NCBI RefSeq assembly: GCF_963921235.1
Contig: NC_086097.1
Span: forward strand, 220,226,001-220,290,000
Reading direction: 5' to 3'
DNA from: Mobula hypostoma
Taxonomy: Eukaryota
Length of the DNA: 64,000 bases
Shown here: piece after piece, positions 10,160-23,760 of the stretch
Position numbering within the stretch: position 1 is the first letter of the stretch
How the letters are laid out: each line of letters opens with the position of its first letter
The notes under the pieces: model-generated
The model's database searches: none
Seen by the model: only the letters and a program-made list of their open reading frames with translations
What the model was told of the DNA's origin: nothing
Position numbers and translations under genes: made by a program

Positions 10160-13100
10160 TATTCACAGGCTGGAGGGTTGTGACTAGCGGAGTGCCACAG
10201 GGATTGGTGCTGAGTCCATTGGTGTTTGTCATCTATAACTATGATCTGGATGATAATGTGGTTAACTGGATCAGCAAATTTGCAGATTACTCCAAAGTTG
10301 GGTGTGTGGTGGACTGCAAGGAAAACTATCAAAGTTTGCAGTGGGATTGGACCAGCTGGAAAAACGGGCTGAAAAATGGCAGATGGAATTTAATCCAGAT
10401 AAGTGTGAGGAGTTGCACATCGGGAAGACCAACCAGAGTAGGTCCTAAAGTGATCAGTTGGGCACTGAGGAGTGTAGTAGAACAGAGGAATCTGGAAATA
10501 CAGATCCATAGATCCTTCAAAGAGCTGACACAGGTAGATAAGGTTGTAAAGAAAGCTTCTGGCACTTTGGCCTACGTTAGTCAATGTGTTAAGTGTAGGA
10601 GTTGGGATGTTGAAAGAGTGCAGAGAAAGTTTACAATGATGTTTCTGGGACTTGAGGACCTGAGTTATAGGGAAAGGTTGAGTAGGTTAGCACTTTATTC
10701 CCTACAACCTAGAAGACTGAGGGGAGATTCGATAGAGGTACTCATAGTTATGAGGGGTGTAGATGGGGTACATACAAGCAGGCTTTTTTCCCTGAGGTTG
10801 GGTGAGGCTACAACTGGAGGTCATTGGTTAAGGGTGAAAGGTGAAATATTTAAGACCACAAGGTATTGGAGCAGAATAAGGCCACTTGGCCCATTGAGTT
10901 TGCTCCGCCATTTCATCATGGCTTTCCTCTCAGCCCCAATCTTTTGCCTTCTCCATATATCCCTTCAATGCCCTGACCACTCAAGAATCTATAAGCCTCT
11001 GCCTTAAATATACATGAAGACTTGGTGAATAAAGACTTTGCCTACAGCAAAGAATTTCACCGATTTACCACCACTCTCTGGCTAAAGAAATTGCTCATCT
11101 GTTCTAAAAGAACACCCCTCTATTTTGAGCCTGTGTCCTCTAGTTTTGGATATTACAACTATAGGAAACATCCTCTCCACATCCACTCTATCACGGCCTT
11201 TCACCATTCAATAGGTTTCAATTAGGCCCCCCCTCATTCTTCTGAATTCCAGTGAGTACAGACCCAGAGCCATCTAACGCTCTTCATATGACAAGCGATT
11301 TAAATCCTGGAATCACTTTTGTGAATCTCCTTTGAACCCTCTCCAGTTTCAGTACATCCTTTCTCAGATAAGGGGCCCAAACCTGGTCACAATACTCCAA
11401 GTGAGGCCTCACCAGTGCTCTATAAACACTCAATGTTACATCCTTGCTTTTAAATTTTAGTCCTCTTGAAATGAATGCTAACATTGCATTTGCCTTCCTC
11501 ACCACGGACTCAGCCTGCAAATTAACCTTTAGGGGAACCTGCACAAGGATTCCCAAGTCCCTTTGCAACTCAGTTTTTGTATTTTCTCTCCATTTAGAAA
11601 ATAGTCAACCCTCTCATTTCATCTACCAAAGTGCATGATCATACATTTCCTGGCACTGTACTCCATCTGTCATTTCTGTGCCTATTCTCCTAATCCAAGT
11701 CCTTCTGTAGATTATTTCCTCAAACCACCCGCCACTCTACCTATTTTTGTTTCATTTTCAAACTTTGTAACAAAGCCATCAATTCCACCATCGAAATCAC
11801 TGAAATAAAACGTAAAGAGAACCAGTCCCAACACAGCCCCCTGTGGATCACCACTAGTCACAGGCAGCCACACAGAAAGGACTCCCTTCATTCCCATTCT
11901 ATGCCTCCTGCCAATCAGCTACTGCCTTATTCATGCGAGTATCTTTCCTGTAATACCAAGGGCACATAGTTTGTTAAACAGCCTCATGTGTGGCACCTTG
12001 TTGAAGGCCTTCTCAAAATCCAAGTTCACAGCACCAACCAATTCTCCTTTGTCTAACTTGCTTGTTATTTCTTCAAAGAATTCCAACGAATCTGTCAGGA
12101 AGATTTTCCCTTGAGGAAACCATGCTGACTATGGCCTATTTTATCATGTGCCTCCAAGTACCCTGAGACCTCATCCTTAATAATCGACTCCAACATCTTC
12201 TCAACCACTGAGGTTAGACTAACTGGCCCATAGTTTCTTTTCTTCTGCCTCTCTCCCTTCTTGTAGAGTGGAGTGATGTTTGCAATTTTCCAGTCTTCTG
12301 GAACCATTCCAGAATCTAGTGAATCTTAAAAGATTATTACTAATGGTTCCATGATCTCTTCAGCCACCTCTTTCAGAACTCTGGTCTGTACACCATTTGG
12401 TCCAGATAACTTATCAACCTTCAGACCTTTCAGTTTCCCAAGAACCTTCTGTCTTTTCATGGTAACCACACAGACCATGCCCGCCGGCACCTGGAACTTC
12501 CACCATACTACTAGTGTCTTCCATCACGCAGACTGATACAAAATACTTATCCAGTTTGTCTGCCATTTTGTTGTCCCTCGTTACTATCTCTCCAGCATCA
12601 TTTTCCAGTGATTTGATATCCATTCTCGCCTCTCTTTTACACTTCATGTATCTGAAGAAACTTTTAGTATCCTCTTCAATATTATTAGCTGGCTTACTTT
12701 AGTATTCCATCTTTACCTTTTAATGACTTTTTTAGTTGCCTTCTGTTGGTTTTTAAAAGCTTCCCAATCCTCTAACTTCCCACAAATTTTTGCTCTATTA
12801 TATGCCTACCCTTTGTTTTTTCACGTTGGCTTTGACTTCTCTTGTTAGCCACTGTTGTGGCATCTTCCTTTTAAATACTTCTTCCTCATTGGGATGTATA
12901 TATCCTGTGCCTTCCAAATTGTTTCTAGAAATTCTACCCATTGCTGCTCTGTTGTCATCCCTGCCAGTATTCTGGCCAAATCCTCTTGCACGCCTCTGCA
13001 ATTCCCTTCGCTCCACTGTAATACTGATACATCCGACTTTAGCTTCTCCATCTCAAATCTCAGGGTGAATTTAATCGTATTATGATCACTTGACCCTAAG

Positions 13101-15235
13101 GGTTCTTTTATCTTAAGCTCCCTGATCAATTCAAGTTCCTTGCACAATACCAAATCTAGAATAGCTGATCCTCTAGTGGCCTCAACCACAATTTGCTACA
13201 AAAAGCCATCTTGGAGGCTCTCTAGAGATTCTCCCTCCAGGAATCCAGAACCAACCTGATTTTCTCAATCTACCTGCGTATTGAAATCCCCCATGATTAT
13301 CATAACATTGCCCTTTTGGCATGTATTTTCTATCTCCCGTTGTAATTTGTAGGCCACATCTTTACTACTGTTTGGGGGTCTGTATCCAACTCCCATCAGG
13401 GTCTTTTTACCCTTGCAGTTCCCAAGCTCTACCTACAATGATTCAACAGTTTCCCACCCAGTGTCACCTCTAATGATTTGATTGTGTTTTTAACAACACA
13501 GCAATGCCACGCCCTATGCCTTCCTGCTTATCCTTTTGATACATTGTGTATCCTTGGACATTGAGCTCCCAGCTATAATCTTTAAACCAGGATTCAGTGA
13601 CGCCTACAACATCATACCTGCCAATCTGCAGGTGTGCTGCAAGTTCATCTACCTTATTCCGTATACTGCACACATTCAGAAACAACACCTTCAGCCCTGT
13701 ATTCACCCTTTTCAATGTTGTCGCACCATGCTCAGCCTTTTGCTTCCTAACTTTGTCTGAGGTCTTACCAGCATCTGCCTCCACAATCTCTCCTCTAACT
13801 ATTCTGGCACTCTGGTTCCCATGCCTCTGCAATTCTAGTTTTAAACCCCACCATGCAGCATTAACAAAGCTTCCTACTGGGATATTAGTCCCCCTCCAGT
13901 TCAGGTGCAAACCATCCCTTCTGTAAAGGTCCCACTTTCCCTAGAAGGGAGCCCGGTGATACAAAAACCTTGTGCCCTTCCTCCTACACCAACTCCTTAG
14001 CCACGTATTACACTGTATAATCTTCCTAGTTCTAGCCTCACTAGCATGTGGCATGAGTAGCAATCCAGAGATCACAACTCCAGAGACCCTGCCATTTAAC
14101 TTAGCACCTAACTCTCTGAACTCCCTATGCAGAACCTCATTAGTCATCCTACCCATGTCATTGATACGTACATGGACCGTGACTTCTGGCTGTTCACCCT
14201 CCCACTTAAGAATGCTGGGGACTTGATTTGAGATGTCTTGGACACAGGCAGCAACATATCATCTAGGAATCTCATTCTCACCCACAGAACCTGCTGCCCA
14301 TTCCCCTAATGAATCCCCTATCACCACAGCATACCTCTTCTTCCCCCTTCACTTCTGAGTCACAGAGACAGACTCAGTGCCAGAGACCCAACCACTGTGT
14401 CTTTCCTCTGTTAGGTCATCCCCCCACCGACAGTATCCGAAGTGATATACCCTTCATTGAGGGGAATGGCCACAGGGGTACTCTGCACCAGCTCCTTAAC
14501 CCCTTTCCTCTTCCTGTCATCCAGCCTCCTGTGTCCTGCGCCTTGGGTGTAACTACCTATCACCCCTTCAGCCTCCCGAATAATCCAGAGTTCGTCTAGT
14601 TCCAACTCCTTAAGGCAGATTGTTGGAAGCTGCAGCTGGACTTCTTGCACTTCTTGCAGTTGTAGTTGTCAGGGCGACTGGAGGTTTCCCTGCCATCCCA
14701 CAAGAGCAGCATTGCACTATCCTGCCAGAGCACACATTAGGGCAAGGAAAAAAACTTAAGCTTTTCTTTCATCTGGTTTCTCTGAGTGAAGCCTGGAAGA
14801 TCACCACTATGACTCTGTCCACTCACTGCTACCCTTGCCCCTGCCTTCCTTTAACTTGCTCATACTAATTAAGCCCAAATGCTGAATGGCCACTGGCCAA
14901 AGCTCTATTACACTGCCGAGAACAGCTCCTGCCTTTTACCCTTGGGTGATGGGCCTGTTTGAAGTGTCCTCTTGTCCAAATTTCCAATGTCCAGATTGGC
15001 CACTGGTCAAAGCTCTGCTAAGTGGATCATGAGGGGGGGAAGTTCTTCACTCAGAGTGTGGTGATAGTGTGGAACGAGCTGCTAGCATAAGTGGTGGATG
15101 CAGGGTCAATTTCAGCATTTAAAAGAAATTTGGATCGGTATGTGGATGGGAGGGTTATGGGAGGTTATGGTACTAGGCAGAATAATGGTTCAGCAAAGAC
15201 TAGACGGGCAAAAAGGCCTATAGTGTTCTATGACT
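10160..15235 (+). mobile_element. CR1 LINE 3' half, split into 10160-10854 and 15019-15235
   Basis: [26 protein letters not shown] in the first part; resumes with FFTQSVVIVWNEL and a TTCTATGA tail. Confidence 0.85.
10855..15018 (-). mobile_element. Near-full-length decayed CR1 LINE (5' UTR, ORF1 with esterase-like domain, ORF2 APE+RT, 3' UTR)
   Basis: ORF1 remnants LKELELDELWIIREAEGVI, REFRELGAKL..VVISGLL, HLNWRGTN; APE LNVCSIRNK..TESW..SSDHN; RT WKIANITPLYKKG, SGDPQGAVLG, RPHLEYC; TAAG at both junctions. Confidence 0.9.
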
Positions 15236-16624
15236 CCAAATACCTCAATAAATTGTGTCTGGACAAGGATGCTTACCATACCAAGGCTTAGAGGAAAAAG
15301 TCAGTTTGTCAAGGTGATAGCTGATTTTTACAACCTGCGCCAGCTGAAATGCTAATCAAAGGGAAAGGAATTGTTGGAATTTTGTTTTGTATTGTATTAA
15401 GTGCTTCTAAGTAAGAACAGCAGCAACAACAAATGAGGGCTGTTATAGAATGATGTGAGTGCAAACATCTATGTCTATTTATTGATTTTTTTCAATTTCA
15501 TGTATTTGTCGTTACACCCAAATGTCACTATACTACAATAATGTCTAGAGTCTTTTCATAACTGTAAGTAATTTTACATTTTATGATGGGTTATTCCCCT
15601 GGATGCATATTAATTAATACATAAGTAATAACTTACTTGCAGCTGAACAGTATCATTGAATCCTTAAGAGCATTTTGTCTTACAATCTTAAAATATTTTT
15701 ATTCTTAGCTGGGGCATCTTTCACAGAATTAACTTTGGAATTTTTGTAAGCTCCATCACTAAATAACAGAAACATTTCCAAAGTCCGTGTAAATGATGGA
15801 AGTTCCTTAAAAGCAAGAACCAGGATCATTCAACTTTCAATGGTCTGTTCACCACAAAACTCACGCACCTTGATTTGTTCAACCACCAATGCATATAATG
15901 CCATTAATTCCAAAACATTTGTTTTCCGTAATTAGGTTCACCCTCAGTAGGAATCAGTTTTAGCTACTTGAATCCAAGGGATGCACACATTACAGGTACA
16001 TCCATGTGGCTAGAACAAAGCAAATTCTATCAATTGTCACTTCCCTTTTCTGAAAATAGGCACCCTGCCAGGATCAGATTGGTTCTTAAAGATAACCCCA
16101 GTTGCATTTCTCCACTGCTGATCCAACCCATATAATCTTCTCATCTACTCTCTCTCCACTCCATTTCCAATAATTGCAAGGATCATGGACTTCCTTGGTA
16201 CTCACATTAAACCAATCTCTTTTGGTGCCTCAGTTGCAGCTTTACCCTTGCAGTAGGTCCTGTACCACGTCTTTCTCTAACTTCTCACTTATCCTCCCAT
16301 ACCCCTTCTAAGCTCATCTCATTCAGGAAATCCACTTCTGGTTATCATAACCCTTAAACTACCAGCCACACTGTATCCCTCCCTGACCATTGTGCTAGCT
16401 GATATTATAAATGATTCCCTCTCAAGTGCTGTTCTTTTCTATTCAAATTCATTTTTCCCCACTCAGCTCCTGAAAGTACATACCTTCCATCCTCATGTCC
16501 TGTAAAACATTGCCTCATGTTTCACCTCCCATTTCCACAAAAAAGCCTTTGAATTATTCCTTCTCAAATTTGTAACAGCCTTGCCTGCACGCAAGTGCCA
16601 GCTCAAGAAAGCATGTTTTTTTTT

Positions 16625-16990
16625 CAAAGTTTTTGCAGATTCAGCACATCATATAAAACTTTGACAAACTTCTATAGATGCATAGTGGAGAGTATCCTAA
16701 CTGATTTCATCACAGCCTGGTATGGAAACACTAATGCCCAGGCATGGAAAGGTCTACAGAAAGTGCTGGATGCAGCCCAGTTCACCACAAGCAAAGCCCT
16801 CCTCACCATTGAACACATTTACAAGAAGTGCTGCTGCGAGAAAGCAGCAGCCATCATCAAGGTCCCACCACCATCCAGGCTATGCTTTCTTCTCATTACT
16901 ACCATCAGGCAGGAAATACCTTTGGCTCCTACACCACCAGGTTCAGGAATAGTTATTACCCTCAACCATAGTCTCCTAAACTGGCATAGA
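16625..16990 (+). mobile_element. Rex1/Babar LINE fragment
   Basis: TLTNFYRCIVESILTDFITAWYGN (ORF 16595..17020). Confidence 0.8.
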
Positions 16991-17407
16991 AGTCACTCTC
17001 ATGTAGCAATTCCCTCTTGAGCAGATTTTTTCCAGGACATGCAGCAAATTCCATGTGATTGCTAAAAATAAAAGTCATCTTACTACCACACACAACTATC
17101 TAACTGAATCAGGTTGTCTGCATTCAATAGTCATAATCAGTTTCAAGCTGTTTCCTTTTTCATGCCATGTCCACCTCAAAAACTGCCCATTTTCTTCCTT
17201 CCTCATAAACCTCCTACCCCCAAACCCACCACCACCTCAACCCAGTTTAGTTGAAACTACATAAACATCTTGTGAATTTCAGGCTAGTTTTCACTCCACA
17301 GACTTGACTTCCATCCTTTACATCCAAATTTTAGATGGCCAAAAGTTGCATGACATTAAGTCCCTGGTATGGTGTCAGTCAATGAATAGACAGTGGTGTG
17401 GCACACG

Positions 17408-18282
17408 AAAAAATGATGAAACTATGTACAGGGAGGAGGTCAAACACCTAGAGAGCTGGTGCAGGGATAACAACTTGATGCTTAATGTCACCAAAACCAA
17501 GGAGATGATCGTTGATTTCAGATGGTCTCAGCCTGAGCACACACCCCTCAGCATCAGTGGCTCCACAGTGGAGAGAGTGGAAAACATCAAGTTCCTTGGG
17601 GTGCAGATCTTGGACAATCTCACCAGGTCCAGGAACACCACTGGGATTGTGAAACGGGCCCAGCAGAGACTGCTCTCTCTGAGGAAGCTTAACCAAGCAT
17701 TACTCCGCACTAACATCTTAACTACATTCTACAGAGGCGTGGTTGAGAGTGTGCTGACCTTTTGCATCACAACCTGGTATTCCAGCTGCGGTGCTGTTGA
17801 CAAAAAAGCCTTGCAGAGGGTGGTTAGGGGAGCAGAGAAGGTTATTGGGTCTCCCTGCCTTCTGCCCAAGACCTCTTTCAGAGTCGATGCCTCCAGAAGA
17901 CACGGTACATCATTAAAGACCCCTCACACCCTCTCCATGAACTGTTTGTTCTTCTGCCATCAGGCAAACATTACAGGAGCATCAAAACTAAAACCGCAAG
18001 GCTACCAAACAGCTTCCTCCCACAGGCAGTCAGACTGCTAAATAGCTGCTCTACCTGACTCTGCTTTAGACACGTTTAACTTGCACTGGACACTTATAAC
18101 TGATTTTAACTGACATGTAGCTGTTGTGTTTTATTGTTATGTTTATTATTTAGTGTTGCGTTTGTTATGTTACGATTACACTGCCCCTGAGAAACGTTCA
18201 TTCTGCCCTGCAGAGCTGATGTATGGTTAGAATGACAATAAAAATTTTTTGAATCTTTGAATCTTGAATCTTGAATCTTGAA
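17408..18282 (+). mobile_element. 5'-truncated Rex1/Babar LINE with (TTGAATC)n tail
   Basis: YREEVKHLESWCRDNNLMLNVTKTKEMIVDFR, KFLGVQI, VESVLTFCITTWY; AATAAA followed by a TTGAATC tandem at 18249-18282. Confidence 0.9.
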
Positions 18283-18296
18283 CGCATGACAAATAG

Positions 18297-18460
18297 TCAA
18301 GATTCAAGATTGTTTAATGTCATTTCCAGTAGACAGGTGTAAAGGAAAACAAAGTAATTGTTGCTCCGGATCTGCACACAGGAAAAAATGCACAATACGA
18401 TAAAGAACACATTAATAAAAAACAGTAATTATAAATACATAAGATAGCTTATATACATAA
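18297..18460 (-). mobile_element. Rex1-type 3' tail fragment
   Basis: The minus strand ends ATGACATTAAACAATCTTGAATCTTG. Confidence 0.6.
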
Positions 18461-18939
18461 TCAATTCCAAAGCAAGTTTGTCAGAAAATGAGACAAATCA
18501 AAGGGCAGAAGAACAAACTACAGTAACTAACACCAATTAAACAAAGATAACCCAAGTTGAAAAAATAGTGAATATGGGGATAGTTTTCTGTAAATTAGAT
18601 GCATAAAATTAAACTCAGTCATTTGAAGCAAAATGGCCACCAAAATGGATCAATAAAGGTATTATCTAATTACCTCCACTCTGGTTGGCAGTATCACTTA
18701 TTAGAGCTGCTGATCCCATTTAATTTGCTGGTGCCTATAACAAGCACCTTTGGAAAAGTGATGCATGTGGTTGTTGCTAATAAGCAGATAAGAGTGCCGA
18801 GAACCATTACTGTGGCACAGAATCATTTTAAAATAAAGAGTTTTTTTTGCAGCCAGTGCTCAGATTTCCATCTAAGAAAGGATGTTTGTTATGCAATGTA
18901 TCTCCACTAGAGGGCTCTGTTGGTATAGTAAATATGTAG

Positions 18940-19490
18940 AGACATAGAAGAGTCAAGAGAGTCTGTGAACTCTGCTGTGCAGAAGCACGCCCTTTGGCCC
19001 ATTTACTCCATGCTAGACTATTACGTCTACCTAGTCGCATCAACCTGCACCAGGACCATAGCCCTTCAATCCACATGTCTATCCAAATTTCTCTTAAAAT
19101 GTTAAAATCAAACCCACATCCACCACTTGTGCTGGCACCTCATTCCACAGTCTCACCACCCTTTGAAGAAGTTCTCCCTCACATTCCACTCAAGCATTTC
19201 ACCTTTCACCCTTAACTCATGACTTCTAGTTGTAGTCTCACCCAACCTCAGCAGGAAAAGCCTGCTTGCATTTACCCTATCTATACCCCTCAGTCTTGTG
19301 TACTTCTGTCAAATCTCCCCCTCATTCTAGGCTAGGGGGTTCCAAACCTTTTTTATGCCATGGACCCCTACTATTAGCTGAGGGATCCATGAACCCCAGG
19401 TTGGGAACCTCTGCTCTAAGGAATAAAATCCTAACCTATTTAACCTTTTCCTATAACTCAAGTCCCAGCAACATTCTTGTAGATTTTCCT
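18940..19490 (-). mobile_element. CR1 3' end containing a MITE
   Basis: Similar to the CR1 3' ends at 6062-7262. Confidence 0.8.
19333..19413. mobile_element. hAT/Charlie-type MITE (~81 bp)
   Basis: Imperfect TIRs TAGGGGGTTCCAAACCT / AGGTTGGGAACCTCTG; flanks TTCTAGGC / CTCTAAGG resemble an 8-bp NTCTAGAN target. Confidence 0.75.
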
Positions 19491-20330
19491 TATAATAACA
19501 CTTGATTTATATATTAAAAAAATTGCCTCATTGGCTCTATTTTTGATTTCAATATAGTCCTGAATGTAGTCCTCCACTCATCATTTTAATGCCCAAACTC
19601 ACCAACAATCTCAGCCCCTCTCTCGAATTCTCTATCCAAACCCCTCCACCTTGTTACTTCTCTCCACTTACTTCAAAAGGTAGCTCAAAACTTACCTGGT
19701 AGAACACACTTATGATTATTTCTTACATCAGTACTCTACCTCATCAAAGAACTTGGAACATTTACCATTTTAATGTGCTTTATGCCTCCAACTTACTGCA
19801 ATGTGCTATTCCATGCAAAATACCAATTACAGTGGAGGAAATCAAAAAAATTATCAGGTGATTTAAACTCACAAAAAGGACTCAGTGTAATTACATGTTC
19901 ATAAACAGTTACATCAATTTCCTGCATTGTATCAATGCATAGATCACTTGTATAAAATTGCTCCTTCACCCTTTGAAAGTGGCATTAAACATGTGGTATT
20001 TATGTAATCATTAATTAGTTGATACCTTGACTTAGATTAATGATGGCTTTAATCACCCATCTGCTGCTGTTACCTACTAATTCTCCGGTAACAACCAGAC
20101 ATCAGATCAACAAATCAGTCATCTTATTCTTTCCAATTAGGAAATGACTCCAGATTAGCTTTTTTAATTAATTCTCTAAAATGGTTTGATTACATTGCCT
20201 GCCTGACCAGTAGCTCTTGTTTTGGTCATCATAATGAAACAGTTGAACACGTCCTATTGCAGTTTGAAGCATATAAAGTTGAAAGAAATCAATTACAGGC
20301 TTCATTTCAAGTTTTCATTTAAAAACTTTA

Positions 20331-20512
20331 TTAAGACCATAAGATATAGGAGTGGAATGAGGCCATTTGGCCCGTCCAATGTGATCTGCCATTTCATCAT
20401 GGTTAATTCAATTTTCCTCTCAGCCCCAATCTCTTGCCTTCTCCCCATATCCCTTCGTGCCCTGACCAATCAAGAATCTATCACTTTCTGCCTTAAATAC
20501 ACATAAAGACTA
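20331..20512 (-). mobile_element. CR1 3' UTR fragment
   Basis: Closely resembles the 3' end at 10855-11020. Confidence 0.8.
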
Positions 20513-21039
20513 AGCTATAGGAGTGACTTTTATATAATAAGTATTGTCTTTCACTACTTACAATCTAGAGGGTTTTGGGGGATAATTTTGCATTCATTTG
20601 AAAAAAAGTAGTAATTTATTTTCCCAGTTCTCTACACCACACCCCAGTCCAGTTGGTGGTGGTATGCGCCTTTAAGTTGGACTGCCAATTGCCATTAAAG
20701 GTCAAAAAAAGAAGCTCTTGGTTTGCTCTCCATTAAGACTGACTGAATAATATTAGGCTGCAATGTTGTGAATGTGCATAGGCCACATTCAAAACACAGG
20801 AGGGTCATTGTTTTTATTTAAAATAAATGGTTTTGGAAAAGTGCAAAAAGACTTGAAAAAAAGCTTTCTGGTATCTTATTTCTTTCCCCTATTTGTTCTC
20901 CAGCGGACCATGTACCATACATGTTCCCTGTAGACCTGCATGGTAAATAATGCAGAGCAAAAGGTACCCAGTTGAATGAGGACCGATATAGTCCTGTTTC
21001 ACATGTTCTTCATCTTGAACAATATCTTCATGTCCTTTC

Positions 21040-22890
21040 TAAATACAGAAGAGGTCCCAGGGGATGGGCGATAGATAATATTGTTCCATTATTCAAGAGG
21101 GGAAACAGGAATAATCCTGGAAACTACAGACTAGTCATTATCATGTCAGTGGCAGAGAAGTTACCTGAGAGGATTTTCAGGGACTGGATTTCAGAGTAAT
21201 TGGAAAACCATGGCCTTTATTGGGGACAGACAGCACTGTTTGTGTAGGGGAAGTTGTGTCTTACTAAATTGATAGAGTTTTTTGAGGAGGTAATGAAGGT
21301 GGAGCTGAGAATATTGTCTATATGTATTTTAGTAAGTTATTTGACAAAGTCCATCACGTGAAACTTACCCAGAAGATTAAGATGAATGGAATTAATGGTG
21401 AATTTGATGTTTGGATTCAGAATTGACTTCAGTGGGTAGTGGTTGATGGAGCCTATTCAGGCTGGAAGTCTGAGACTAGTGGTGTTCTACAGGGATTTGT
21501 ACTAGGACCTCTGCTGTTTGTGATATATATAAATCACTTGGATGAAAACATAGGGAAGTTGGTTGGTAAGTTTGCAGATGATATGATAATTGGCGGTGGT
21601 ATGGATAGTGTAGAAGACTGACACAAAGGATACAGAGGGATAAAGATCATTTACAGGTATGGGTGGAGAAACGGCAAATGGAGCTTAACCATTTGACATT
21701 TCTCCAAACAAATGTGAAGGTATGCACTTTGGGAGATCAAATGCAAAGAGACAATACATTGTTAATGGTAAGACCCTTAATGGTGCTGCAGAGGGATTTT
21801 GGGGTTCAAGTCCATAGCTTTCTGAAAGTAAAAATGCAGGTTAATAGAGTGGTAAAGAAGACATACAGCATGCTTGCCTTTATTCACTAGGAACTGAGTT
21901 CAAGTCTCAGCAAGTTATGTTGCAGCTTTATAAAACTCTAGATAGGCCACAGAAGAGGTGTACTGGGATGCTGCCTGGATTAGGTGGCATGTGCTATAAA
22001 GAGAGGTTGTCATATTTGGATTGCTTTCTCTGGAGATCTGGCAGAGGTTTATAAGATAATGAGATGCATAATTAGAGTATCTTTTTCCCACATTTGAAAT
22101 GTCTAATACCAAAGGGCATCTATTCATGGTAAGAGGGGTAGGTACAAAGAACATGTGTGGGACAATATTTTTTATACGGAGAATGTTGAGTGCCTGGGGT
22201 GAAGGTTGAGGGAAGAACAATAGAGGGAAGAAGGCATTCTTCTAGGGTGCATCACAACCTGGTATGGAAGTTGTTCTGTCCAAGACCGGAAGAAGCTGCA
22301 GAAGATCGTGAACACAGCCCAGCACATCACACAAACCAATCTTCCATACTTGGACTCACTTTACACCGCACACTATCGGAGCAGTGCTGCCAGGATAATC
22401 AAGGACACGACCCACCCAGCCAACACACTTTTTGTCCCTCTTCCCTCTGGGAGAAGGCTCAGGAGCTTGAAGACTCGTACGGCCAGATTTGGGAACCTCT
22501 TCTTTCCAACTGTGATAAGACTGCTGAACGGATCCTGACCCGGACTTGGGCCATACCCACCAAATATCCGGACTTGCCTCTCGGTTTTATTGCACGACCT
22601 TACTTTCCATTTTCTATTTTCTATTTATGATTAATAATTTAAATTTTTAATATTTACTATTGACTTGTACTCCAGGGAGCAGGAAGCGCAGAATCAAATA
22701 TTGCTGTGATGATTGTACGTTCTAGTATCAGTTGTTTGGCGACAATAAAGTATAATAGGGGCATTCAAGAGGTTCTAAATAGACACTTGAATGTGTAGGA
22801 AATAGAAGGATATGGACAGATTGGATTAGTTTAGCGGCTATTTCAGTAAATTAGAACAACACTGTGAGCCAAGGGGTCTGTTCCTGAGCT
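21040..22890 (+). mobile_element. Degraded CR1 RT-to-3' end, split by Rex1
   Basis: PLFKRGNRNNPGNYRL and SGVLQGFVLGPLLFVIYIN..KFADD. Confidence 0.85.
22230..22752 (+). mobile_element. Rex1/Babar LINE 3' fragment
   Basis: LGCITTWYG..RKKLQKIVNTAQHI..LPSGRRLRSLK..FFPTVIRLLN; tail GACAATAAAGTA. Confidence 0.85.
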
Positions 22891-22899
22891 GTACTCCAA

Positions 22900-23760
22900 A
22901 CTATCATAAGGAAATTGGCCAAATAGCACTGTTCTATGCACGTTAAAGATTTGGAGGTATCTGCATCTGGTCCTTGCAACATGTCGGGTGCCATTCAGAA
23001 GAACAGTGCAGAGTGGAGTTTGCTGCCTCCTTTCCTCTTGTAGCTGACATAAGGAGAAGATCACATCTACCATCAACCTACCTGATCCAAAGCTTAATTG
23101 TGCTCTGGAGCTGTCCAATCAACTAACTGGAGAAGCCTCTTTAAAATGGCTCTGAGAGAAGTCTTCCCATTGAGGCAAAGGGGTGAGTTACATCAGCTCA
23201 GCTATCTGCACGGGGTGAAAGGTGGCCGTGCCCCACGGACATGATGCACAGGTGGGTGACCAAACGTAGAAATCAACAAGGCACTCATGTGTGTTAGTGA
23301 AAGGGAAATGAAAGTCTTCAACCTTGTCCTTGCTTAGTGGGAAGCTAGCTGAAGATAGAAGAAATGATACCATTGGCTGCAGGTAGGGATTTGTCATCAT
23401 AATTTCACGGTAGAGACAGCACCATAAGCATGGCCATGGACTGTAGGTTGTCCTATGTCAATGGAATTGTAGCATTTAGGGATAGCTCTGTTTTCACAGA
23501 AACAATTTACTGAGTCATCACCAGAAATCCAGTATGTGCTGTGACTTCACAAAAGATTTAAGGCTTCATGTCCATCATCTCACAAATAGAAAGTAGCAGC
23601 CATATTTTATCTCTTCGGAGGAGTGAGGAGTTGTTTTTGTTTCAGACAAGTCTTCCATGCCTGTAACATAAACTTTCCCTTGGAATGCTCCTGGTTAACA
23701 GCTCCTACTTGAGGTGAACAGAATCTCTGGTTACACAAGTGGGGCTTTCATCACACTCTT
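22900..23760 (-). mobile_element. Highly degraded RTE-clade LINE
   Basis: MVDVIFSLCQLQEERRQQ resembles the RTE motif DMIFSLRQLQEKCREQ. Confidence 0.55.

Noticed and set aside
10084..11007. 307-aa ORF
   Set aside because: A decayed CR1 RT that drifts between frames and reads into the antisense 3' UTR of the nested CR1.
15637..15758. Minus-strand exon-like segment (TTATTTAG...GTAAGT)
   Set aside because: Stop codons in all three frames; could only be non-coding or terminal, and has no further support.
18249..18282. Short tandem array (also the GT run at 40327-40343); CRISPR considered
   Set aside because: LINE tail microsatellite and simple repeat; no spacers, and the context is eukaryotic.
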